Positions 7,646 through 14,368 of a stretch of DNA of 14,368 nt are shown in pieces; the stretch's first letter is position 1, and the number at the start of each line of letters is the position of its first letter. The stretch lies in UHGV virus genome UHGV-0310616; one strand, given 5' to 3'. This DNA comes from a virus. Made by a program: the position numbers and the translations under genes. Under the pieces are notes generated by a model, which was given only the letters and a program-made list of their open reading frames with translations, had not been told where the DNA came from and searched no databases.

Positions 7646-8332
7646 ATGGCTGACCAGAATGTTAATCCGTACCTTTCGGGCGCTGATACTGCGCCGCAGC
7701 AATCGCCGTACATGGCCGCACCTGTAGGCGCTGACAACGGCGCTAGCAGATTCGACCAGACAACACCTGATGCTGATTTCCTGAAAACGCAGCCAGCGAA
7801 CATTAATCAAAGCTGGAACGAAAGTAACTTTGCCAACCAGCAAGACCAGCAGATTGATGTTGCTGCGCAAGTGGGCGACACGCTGCAATTACAGGATGGC
7901 ACTACTGTTGAGTTGACTCCTGAACTTCATGGGCTGATGGGGCAGTTTCACCAGTCTGTCGAAAGCCAGCTAGGGCAGGGGACAGTTGACGCGATGTTGC
8001 AGTACGCTGGCACGCTCGACGCCGGGACGCAATCAACCCTTGAACGGATGGTTATGTCTGGCGACCCTGCGCAGATGCAGCGGGCGGTTCATTATCTGCA
8101 AGAGCGTATGGTCGCAGGCACTGCGACTGGTTATGTCCCATCACAGGGGAACCCATACGGCCAGCCTGCCTCGCAACCTGTTGGTATGTCTCATGCTGAG
8201 TTTATTGCAGCGTATGATCAGCTTTCGCAGTGGGCGCAGCAATCAGGGTATGGCCCCGGCCATCGCCAGTACGACGATCAATACCGCGCTCTGGTTGCGC
8301 AGCGCTCCGCTGGCAAACGCGCTGGCCGTTAA
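7646..8332 (+). CDS. Q/N-rich acidic protein, 228 aa; putative capsid scaffolding protein
   Basis: Low-complexity Gln/Asn/Asp-rich protein encoded two genes upstream of the capsid gene, echoing the scaffold-capsid order of T7-like phages. Function is inferred from position and composition only. Confidence 0.6.
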   Translation: MADQNVNPYLSGADTAPQQSPYMAAPVGADNGASRFDQTTPDADFLKTQPANINQSWNESNFANQQDQQIDVAAQVGDTLQLQDGTTVELTPELHGLMGQFHQSVESQLGQGTVDAMLQYAGTLDAGTQSTLERMVMSGDPAQMQRAVHYLQERMVAGTATGYVPSQGNPYGQPASQPVGMSHAEFIAAYDQLSQWAQQSGYGPGHRQYDDQYRALVAQRSAGKRAGR

Positions 8333-8491
8333 GCAATCGCCTGTCCTGTCTTCCCCACGTCTTAACCTTACGTTTTAGAGCCTGAATCGCGTTGTACATC
8401 GCCAGATGTACATTCGTATACCTGCACCTGTAAAACGCGAAATTACCTCTCAAACACCACACATAAACCCACTTTGCATTGAGATCTGACA

Positions 8492-8839
8492 ATGACCTTA
8501 CTGACACCTGAAAACGTGGCAGCGGCTAGGGCTGCCCGTAGCGCGAGGATTGAACACTGGAAAGCCAACGCCAGCCAGCTTAAGCAGGACTTTGCTGACG
8601 AAGCGCACTGGCGGCGGCTCGCCTCACGCTTCGGCGTGCGTATGCCCTCGGCGTATGTTCCCGGCTCCGAGCTGCGATTGCTGCGCCGGGCGGCCAAACG
8701 CGCGGGCATCTCTGGTGCTGATATGCGCGATGCTTTTGGTGGGGGCGTTGCGCACCTGCACGAGCTTAATCCCCATTGGCCTGCCTTCGCGCTTATCGGC
8801 CTGATTCTTGAGATCGCGGCTGAAAAAGCTGCTGCCTGA
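8492..8839 (+). CDS. Hypothetical protein, 115 aa
   Basis: ORF between the putative scaffold and capsid genes; same strand and GC content as neighbours. Confidence 0.6.
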   Translation: MTLLTPENVAAARAARSARIEHWKANASQLKQDFADEAHWRRLASRFGVRMPSAYVPGSELRLLRRAAKRAGISGADMRDAFGGGVAHLHELNPHWPAFALIGLILEIAAEKAAA

Positions 8840-8907
8840 TTCATCCCATTCTCTTTTCCCCTTTTCCATAAATCGCGCTGGCTAACGCTGGCGCGGGAGC
8901 TATTTCT

Positions 8908-9903
8908 ATGACTGACAATGTTTATACCCCTGACCAATTCCGCCCGCACTGGGGCGGTGTAGATGCTGACAACGACATTCACATTGAAGCGTATGACCGG
9001 GACGTTCAGACCCGCCTTGAGGCAAAGAGCGTGTTTCTCGCCGAGGGGCTGAGCACATACAAGCCGCTGAAAAACAGTAATCAGTATCGTGTAGACCGCC
9101 TGAGCGGAGATCTGGAGGTGAAGGGCAGAACCGCAGGGCAATCGCTGGAGCCTACCGCCGTTAAGTCGGACAAGCTGATTATCTCTGTGGATACGCTGAG
9201 CTATATCCGCATCCCGATTGACTATCAAGACGACTGGACAGCGCCCACCTTTCGCGCAGAGCTGAGCCGCAACATGGGGACAGCCCATGCAAAGTTCTAC
9301 GACGAAGCGCACACTATCCAGCTAATCAAAGCGACTGACTTTGTACCGCCGCCTACGTTGCAACCAACGTTTAACCCGCTGACGGATAATGTTGTCTCGC
9401 TCGACCTGACAACGGGGAGCGAAGAGGATGCGGCTAACGAACTGGTTCACGCTATTAAAGCTGCTGTTAATCGATTCCTAACTGAAAAAGATATTCCGGT
9501 GGCGGAGCTGTGCCTTCTCATCGACCCAGCTTGGTTCAGCATCCTGATGGAACATAAGAAGTTGATGAACGTCCGTTACAGCCGGGATAGTGGCAATGAT
9601 TACGCATGGCGTCGCGTTGGCTATGTCGCTGGGGTGCGAGTTATTGAGCTGAACAGTTACCCGCAGGAAGCCATTACCGCGCATGAACTGGGCGCTGATT
9701 ATGATGTGACCGCAGGGGAAGCGCTGACACGGGCGACGCTGTTCCGGCCTGCGTCTGTACTTGTGACAGTCGAAGCGCAGAGCGTTATCAATCGCCAGTG
9801 GGATGATGAACGCGAAATGACAATGGTGATGGACTCATATCGCCTGTTCAATGTTGGGCTGCGCCGCCCTGACTGCGTTATAAATTTCCGACAAGCTGCA
9901 TAA
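8908..9903 (+). CDS. Major capsid protein, T7 gp10-like family (HK97 fold), 331 aa
   Basis: GGGAG RBS. By recollection of T7 gp10, several blocks align: KLIISVDTL...IDYQDD...RAEL...G...A...DEA, DPAWFSIL...VRY, and the C-terminal ...Y...GLRRP...VINF matching T7 ...Y...GLRPE...VVF. Size also fits. Not verified by search. Confidence 0.6.
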   Translation: MTDNVYTPDQFRPHWGGVDADNDIHIEAYDRDVQTRLEAKSVFLAEGLSTYKPLKNSNQYRVDRLSGDLEVKGRTAGQSLEPTAVKSDKLIISVDTLSYIRIPIDYQDDWTAPTFRAELSRNMGTAHAKFYDEAHTIQLIKATDFVPPPTLQPTFNPLTDNVVSLDLTTGSEEDAANELVHAIKAAVNRFLTEKDIPVAELCLLIDPAWFSILMEHKKLMNVRYSRDSGNDYAWRRVGYVAGVRVIELNSYPQEAITAHELGADYDVTAGEALTRATLFRPASVLVTVEAQSVINRQWDDEREMTMVMDSYRLFNVGLRRPDCVINFRQAA

Positions 9904-9919
9904 CAAAAGGGGCCGAGCC

Positions 9920-10447
9920 ATGAATATTGATGCTTATGCCCCGGAGCTGTTGCGCTCTTTGTTTCGGTACGATGCGAAGACTGGCCGCCTGTTCCATGCA
10001 GTAGACCGGATCGGAGCCAACAAGCGGATTTACGCTAAAGCCGGGGAACTGGCCGACACGGTAACGGACAGCGCCGGATATAGGCGCGTATCTGTCCGCA
10101 TCAATGGCAAATCTCATGCGCTATACGCCCACCGTGTCGCCTTCATCATTGCTAATGACGGTATCCCTGCCGGGATGCAAATCGACCATATCAACGCGGT
10201 ACGCGATGACAACCGCCTTATCAATCTCCGCACGGTTACGCCACAAGAGAACCAGCACAATTACCGCAAAGCCAAGGGTTATAGCCACCATGCCTGCTCT
10301 GGCAGATGGGAGGCTTACATTCGCGTTGGTGGTGTTCGCCATCACCTCGGCTTATTCACTACCGAAGCGGCGGCGCGTGCTGCGTACCTGAAAGCTAAAG
10401 CCAGATACCATCCGTCAACGCCAGCCGATTTATTGCAGGCTGCCTAA
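9920..10447 (+). CDS. HNH endonuclease with C-terminal AP2-like DNA-binding domain, 175 aa
   Basis: HNH signature HRVAF...QIDHINAVRDDNRLINLRTVTPQENQHN (His, Asn, Asn, His core) followed by W-EAYIRVGGVRHHLGLFTTEAAARAAY, typical of the AP2 domain attached to phage HNH nucleases. Confidence 0.8.
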   Translation: MNIDAYAPELLRSLFRYDAKTGRLFHAVDRIGANKRIYAKAGELADTVTDSAGYRRVSVRINGKSHALYAHRVAFIIANDGIPAGMQIDHINAVRDDNRLINLRTVTPQENQHNYRKAKGYSHHACSGRWEAYIRVGGVRHHLGLFTTEAAARAAYLKAKARYHPSTPADLLQAA

Positions 10448-10465
10448 TCCTCGGAGGTTCCATTA

Positions 10466-10891
10466 ATGGCTGATGAAAAGCCGATTAGAGCGCTGGCAGA
10501 TGATGACCCGCGCCGCCAGCGGTACGCTGAACTGTTGGCGCAGGCTGGCCGCATGACTATTCCACGGCTGCATCCGGGCGATGCTAACAGTGTTATGAGT
10601 CAGCTTGCGACAATGCTCGGAGCACCTGTCCCGATAGTAGGTGCTATGACTGAGCACGCCGCTGCATGGCGTGCCTGTCTTCTGGAGCAAGGGCTTGGTG
10701 ATCTTCTGGATGGCTTGAGTAAGCAGGTGCTGACCATCTTCTTTCTGCTCTGCTGGAGAGACAGCGCCTTGCGATTGGCGGGTAAGCAAAAGGAACGGTT
10801 TGCAGCGGCCAGCGAGGGTTTGACCATTGAGCAATACCGGGCAATGCACCCGGCTTACAGAGAGGATAAAGAAAATGATAACCACGATTAA
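10466..10891 (+). CDS. Hypothetical protein, 141 aa
   Basis: GGAGG RBS upstream of ATG 10466. No domain recognised. Confidence 0.7.
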   Translation: MADEKPIRALADDDPRRQRYAELLAQAGRMTIPRLHPGDANSVMSQLATMLGAPVPIVGAMTEHAAAWRACLLEQGLGDLLDGLSKQVLTIFFLLCWRDSALRLAGKQKERFAAASEGLTIEQYRAMHPAYREDKENDNHD

Positions 10892-11174
10892 ATTAAGGTG
10901 GCGGTACATCGAGCCGCCACCAATGACTGGCGCACTCGCTGACCTGAAACAGTGGGTAATGGATACCGGAGAGCCTGAGCTTGAAGCTAAATTTCGTAAG
11001 CTGCTGGGGCTGATGCGCCGCAATGGTATCAGTGACGAACGTGTTAATGCGATGGCCGCCGAGCTTTATGCTCTGGTATGCCAACGCCAGCGCGAAGAAT
11101 ACGAAGCCTGCAAACGGGCTGCATCTGACAGTGGAGGCTTTGAATCATGGTTACACGGACAGACCAACTACTAA
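10875..11174 (+). CDS. Hypothetical protein, 99 aa
   Basis: ATG 10875 with AGAGGA RBS 8 nt upstream (track start 10827 is TTG). Overlaps the upstream gene by 17 nt. Confidence 0.6.
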   Translation: MITTIKLRWRYIEPPPMTGALADLKQWVMDTGEPELEAKFRKLLGLMRRNGISDERVNAMAAELYALVCQRQREEYEACKRAASDSGGFESWLHGQTNY

Positions 11175-11584
11175 GAAAAGCGATGCGAGGCTATCTGGAA
11201 TATCTCGGCAACATGCCGCTAGCGGAACGCATTAAAAATTCTGCTGCGTTCGATGATGTGTATCACTTCCTGTTGAATGGTTCAGGACGGCTGGAGTTGC
11301 GCCGCGCTGATGTGGCCGCTGTCCGTGTCTTCCTGTGGAATTATCAATACCGACGCTGCGCGGTGACAGCTAAGCCGCTACGCCTCGCGTCTGCTGTATT
11401 GGATCACTGTCACCGAACTGGACGTGTGCGCGCTGTGGTTCATCGTTCGGCCAATGCAGCGGAAGGTGGTTATTATGTGGGAAATTTGTGCGGACTCTCA
11501 CGAGGTAGCATGTTAAGCATGCTACCTGCCTACCGCCGACAATACAAGGGGTTGGGCGTTATTTATCCAAGACAACATGCGTGA
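11147..11584 (+). CDS. Hypothetical protein, 145 aa
   Basis: GGAGG RBS; overlaps the end of the upstream ORF. Last gene of the GC-rich block. Confidence 0.65.
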   Translation: MVTRTDQLLRKAMRGYLEYLGNMPLAERIKNSAAFDDVYHFLLNGSGRLELRRADVAAVRVFLWNYQYRRCAVTAKPLRLASAVLDHCHRTGRVRAVVHRSANAAEGGYYVGNLCGLSRGSMLSMLPAYRRQYKGLGVIYPRQHA

Positions 11585-11670
11585 TGAGATTATTTCTTTT
11601 ATTTTCATTCGGTTATGTGTTGTTGTGGCTGCCTTGTTACTTGCCTATATTTAAAACAATTCTTGACGGA

Positions 11671-11700
11671 TTGACGTAGATTGCGTAGGCTGAGCATAAA
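11671..11700 (+). promoter_or_regulatory. Candidate sigma-70 promoter for the AT-rich two-gene cassette
   Basis: Tandem TTGACG hexamers (11664-11669 and 11671-11676), then an 18-bp spacer and CATAAA (11695-11700), about 85 nt upstream of ATG 11786. Confidence 0.3.
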
Positions 11701-11785
11701 ACAGTTTCCTAATATGTCTCCAAACTGAGCTTCAACTTGAGAATACTTCGTTCCTACATCTCCCTTGAAGGGGTAGGAGGATAAT

Positions 11786-11995
11786 ATGAACTTTGATATG
11801 CGTACAAACCAAAATTGTGCATCGTTTTTTAACCCAGCAACCAAGGCGTTTGTCGTCGTTGATTCGTTTGACAACTACGAATTCGATGTGCGTGCTGGTA
11901 CTTTATCACGCACTGAATTTGTAGGCACCATCACAGCTTCAAACGATGAAGAGTTGAACAAGAAATTAGCTGAGATCACGGCTGCACACATATGA
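11786..11995 (+). CDS. Hypothetical small protein, 69 aa; first gene of an AT-rich cargo pair
   Basis: Strong AGGAGG RBS. AT-rich, in contrast to the upstream block. Stop overlaps the next ATG (ATGA). Confidence 0.65.
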   Translation: MNFDMRTNQNCASFFNPATKAFVVVDSFDNYEFDVRAGTLSRTEFVGTITASNDEELNKKLAEITAAHI

Positions 11996-12366
11996 TAACT
12001 CAACAGCAGATTGATGATTTAGTTGCAGATATTAACGATATCTTGGAAGAAGATAGAGCCAAGCTAAAGATGTCATTTCATTTTGCTGTTGATAGACTTA
12101 ATGATCCGCGTAATAAACCTCCAATCACGTTAGCTGAGTTGAGAGTGATTTTTACAAATTTCATTGGACAACACTTGCAGACAATTCTAGGCAAAGATGA
12201 GGGATTTTCCTTCACTATCAAGTGTCAGAAATCTGGTATTGCTATACCGTGCGCTATAGAGCATGAACTTGATATCGGTGCAAAGTGGGTAGTTCAGCAA
12301 GTGATCACCATCATGCGGAATCCGCAGTTTAACGCGTATCATGGTGATGTCATCTTTGATGTTTAA
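11992..12366 (+). CDS. Hypothetical protein, 124 aa; second gene of the AT-rich cargo pair
   Basis: Translationally coupled to the 69-aa ORF and followed directly by a terminator. No confident domain assignment. Confidence 0.7.
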   Translation: MITQQQIDDLVADINDILEEDRAKLKMSFHFAVDRLNDPRNKPPITLAELRVIFTNFIGQHLQTILGKDEGFSFTIKCQKSGIAIPCAIEHELDIGAKWVVQQVITIMRNPQFNAYHGDVIFDV

Positions 12367-12370
12367 AAGA

Positions 12371-12392
12371 AAGGCGCTATAGCGCCTTTTTT
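12371..12392. terminator. Bidirectional rho-independent terminator between convergent genes
   Basis: Stem AAGGCGC (12371-12377), loop TATA, stem GCGCCTT (12382-12388), preceded by an A-run and followed by a T-run; sits between the cargo operon (+) and the integrase (-). Confidence 0.6.
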
Positions 12393-13611
12393 ATAAACAC
12401 GGATAACTGACCAACTCCACATACTCCCATAGTTCTTTCATCCCTGCTCCCTTGCTATATGTCCTGAAAGCTTCCGTTTTAGCTTTTTGTTCGGTATGCC
12501 CGGTTATTGCCCCTATGCGCTGTTCTGGTACTCCTGCTCTGTCTAAGCAAGTAATAAAGTGACCACGCAGGGAGTGGAAGCATTGGCGATCTGTAGCCGC
12601 TGACAGCACGCGACGGCGTAGCCGTGTAAATGCCTGCGAGTACCACGGGCCACGCTTACCGTCGGCACGTTTAATCTTGTTCGATTGGGGGAGCAGGTAT
12701 TCACCGTTGTTCTGCGCAAGGTATTTATCAACGATGCTGATTAACAGCGAGTGTATGGGGACGTGCCTTACACCCGCTTTAGTTTTAGATTTGCTGACGT
12801 AGAAGCAGCGTACCCCTTCAACTTTGATAATCTCAACTCGTTTGATGCTGGCGATTTCGTCGAGACGCATACCGGAATACAAACCGATTATGATTACGTC
12901 TCGTATCTCGCTACCTGCCTCTTTTATTAATGCCTGTAGCTGGTGTAGTTCAAAAGGTTGATAACTTTCGTTCGTCTGGCGGGCTTCCAGATTGTGGCCG
13001 TGAAAGGGATTATCAGGGGCGATATTGTCATATTTACGCCGGGCGAAGTCATACAGCGTCCCTAAGCAGGTTAACCAGTTTTGCAGCGTCTGGCGGGAAA
13101 ACTTATCTTGGTTCGCTTCCAGAAAGTCAGAGACGAGCCGCCGCCCGATTCCATTTATTGTAATGGTTGGGCGTTTTATTGAATTAGTAAATGCCGATAC
13201 AGCGCGAACTGATTTACTCAGCGTGGAATAAGAGCGCCGATCTTTGTATTGCTCTGCATATTCTTTACTGACATCTGTCAATTTTGGTGATGCTGGTTTT
13301 CCCCGCTCTGCTGGAATAGTTGCGGGTGTGGTAATGCTGCTGGATACCCCCGCCAGCAAGTGAAGATCTGTTACAGCGGAATGAATCCGGGTAATGGGGT
13401 TATCCGGTTTCATCATGAGCTGTAGCTTACGGAACTCTAATAAATATTGGTCACGGAAAATGCGAGCTTGCATGATGTCCCGTGTGCCTGTCGATTTCTT
13501 GAGCGAGCGCCGCCCGTTCCAGAGGTGGCGCATGTAGACCGGAATATAGATTTGAAAGATGAATATCCCATCTTTGTTTGCATAAAGATAAGAAGTCTTC
13601 TTGATTGGCAT
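12391..13611 (-). CDS. Tyrosine-type site-specific integrase, about 406 aa
   Basis: C-terminal catalytic region with HSLRGHF...GHT...RTYSK (His/Arg/His/Tyr arrangement of tyrosine recombinases); sits beside a tRNA-derived att core. Probable ATG start at 13611 (MPIKK...) with AAGG upstream; the track's 13641 start is TTG. Confidence 0.85.
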   Translation of the reverse strand: MPIKKTSYLYANKDGIFIFQIYIPVYMRHLWNGRRSLKKSTGTRDIMQARIFRDQYLLEFRKLQLMMKPDNPITRIHSAVTDLHLLAGVSSSITTPATIPAERGKPASPKLTDVSKEYAEQYKDRRSYSTLSKSVRAVSAFTNSIKRPTITINGIGRRLVSDFLEANQDKFSRQTLQNWLTCLGTLYDFARRKYDNIAPDNPFHGHNLEARQTNESYQPFELHQLQALIKEAGSEIRDVIIIGLYSGMRLDEIASIKRVEIIKVEGVRCFYVSKSKTKAGVRHVPIHSLLISIVDKYLAQNNGEYLLPQSNKIKRADGKRGPWYSQAFTRLRRRVLSAATDRQCFHSLRGHFITCLDRAGVPEQRIGAITGHTEQKAKTEAFRTYSKGAGMKELWEYVELVSYPCL

Positions 13612-13699
13612 GGTAATTACCTTGTAATCTACCGCTACCAACTACCGGGATAAGTACCGCGATTACTTATTTTGGTTCACAATTCATAGGGTTAGCAAA

Positions 13700-13727
13700 G
13701 AGGGTTCGATTCCCTTCGCCCGCTCCA
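13700..13727 (+). other. attR core: 28-bp copy of the 3' end of tRNA-Gly (glyU-type, CCC anticodon), not a complete tRNA
   Basis: GAGGGTTCGATTCCCTTCGCCCGCTCCA contains the T-arm (GGTTCGATTCC), the 3' acceptor strand and CCA, matching the E. coli glyU 3' end from memory. Upstream sequence is not tRNA-like. Confidence 0.7.
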
Positions 13728-13960
13728 ATTTATCTTCACCTCATCAATCTGCCATTTTTGCTGTATCTGATTTTCTATATTATCTTAATTCAATCGCTTC
13801 AGACTTTTCGCAATCGCCGTAATATTTCCCCATTTTGTTGTAAATAAAAAGCGTTTACGCAATGCAATCCTTTTGTAACAACCCAGGTAAAACACCTTAT
13901 TTTCAAGTTGTTAAATAAGTGGTTATCTACGCTTTTAACAAACGATTGATGGAATATTTT

Positions 13961-14259
13961 ATGAAAGGGAAATCTGCATTAACTCTTCTGCTCGCTGGTA
14001 TATTTTCGTGCGGCACATGCCAGGCGACAGGGGCAGAAGTGACGAGTGAATCTGTATTTAACATTCTTAATTCCACGGGGCAGCAACAGATAAAAGTTAT
14101 TTATCGTTAAATCCAGATAAGTACCCTAATTATCGTCTTCTGATTCACTCAGCCAAATTAAAAAATGAAATAAAGAGCCACTATACCAAAGACGAAATTC
14201 AAGGGTTGTTAACATTAACAGAAAACACGGCTTTGTTGAATAAATCAGATTTCGGGTAA
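13961..14259 (+). pseudogene. Small secreted/lipoprotein-like gene, apparently frameshifted
   Basis: ATG 13961 gives MKGKSALTLLLAGIFSCGTCQATGAEV... (signal-peptide-like) and stops at 14110; a second frame is open from 14071 to 14259 with coding-like composition but no start codon. The two overlap near a G4 run (14077-14080). Confidence 0.3.
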
Positions 14260-14284
14260 GTCTCCCCCGTAGCGGGTTGTGTTT

Positions 14285-14368
14285 TCAGGCAATACGCACG
14301 CTTTCAGGCATACCTGCTTTCGTCATTTTGTTCAGCGCTCGTACCAGGGCCATAGCCTCCGCAACCTG
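14285..14368 (-). CDS. 3' end of an unidentified convergent gene (partial, continues beyond window end)
   Basis: Minus-strand frame open to the window edge: ...QVAEAMALVRALNKMTKAGMPESVRIA, stop at 14287-14285. A weak hairpin (CCCG-TAG-CGGG, 14265-14275) lies between the convergent genes. Confidence 0.35.
   Translation of the reverse strand, partial: QVAEAMALVRALNKMTKAGMPESVRIA

Noticed and set aside
8443-9312. 289-aa minus-strand ORF overlapping the capsid and upstream gene
   Set aside because: Arg/Ser/Ala-rich low-complexity product typical of the antisense frame of GC-rich coding DNA; no RBS, and the sense-strand genes are well supported.
13642-13727. Possible complete tRNA gene beside the integrase
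   Set aside because: Only the final 28 nt match a tRNA; no 5' acceptor strand (GCGGGCG), D-arm or anticodon arm is present upstream, so this is an att core fragment.
1-14368. CRISPR arrays, rRNA genes, retron-like ncRNA with a reverse transcriptase
   Set aside because: No regularly spaced direct repeats, no rRNA-like sequence and no RT-sized ORF were seen anywhere in the window.

Overview
This window looks like an enterobacterial accessory region: a tRNA-anchored integrative island with phage-capsid genes, flanked on the left by AT-rich cargo genes and an IS element. All calls are from reading the sequence and the ORF track; no database search was run.

Layout, left to right:
- 1-141: left terminus of an IS3-family insertion sequence (terminal repeat plus the start of its transposase OrfA on the minus strand). 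Its terminal TGA also serves as the stop codon of the neighbouring gene.
- 139-1663: AT-rich cargo genes of unknown function, including a translationally coupled pair (75-aa protein plus predicted membrane protein) and two homopolymer tracts (T11, G9).
- 2381-3013: a small serine recombinase (resolvase/invertase family), flanked by about 0.7 kb and 0.9 kb of repeat-rich non-coding DNA.
- 3904-11584: a GC-rich, plus-strand, tightly coupled gene block: a RecQ-family helicase with a roughly 260-aa N-terminal extension of unknown function, six small ORFs, a Q/N-rich putative scaffold, a T7-gp10-like major capsid protein, an HNH-AP2 endonuclease and three more unknowns.
- 11786-12366: an AT-rich two-gene cassette with its own promoter and a bidirectional terminator.
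- 12391-13611: a tyrosine integrase (minus strand), followed at 13700-13727 by a 28-bp copy of the 3' end of tRNA-Gly (glyU-type, from memory), which I read as the attR core.
- Right of the att core: AT-rich flank with an apparently frameshifted small secreted-protein gene and the 3' end of a convergent gene.

The most interesting reading is that 3.5-13.7 kb is a compact satellite-like island that encodes its own capsid and scaffold but no portal, large terminase or tail genes in the 13.7 kb left of the att core, with candidate cargo modules at both ends.
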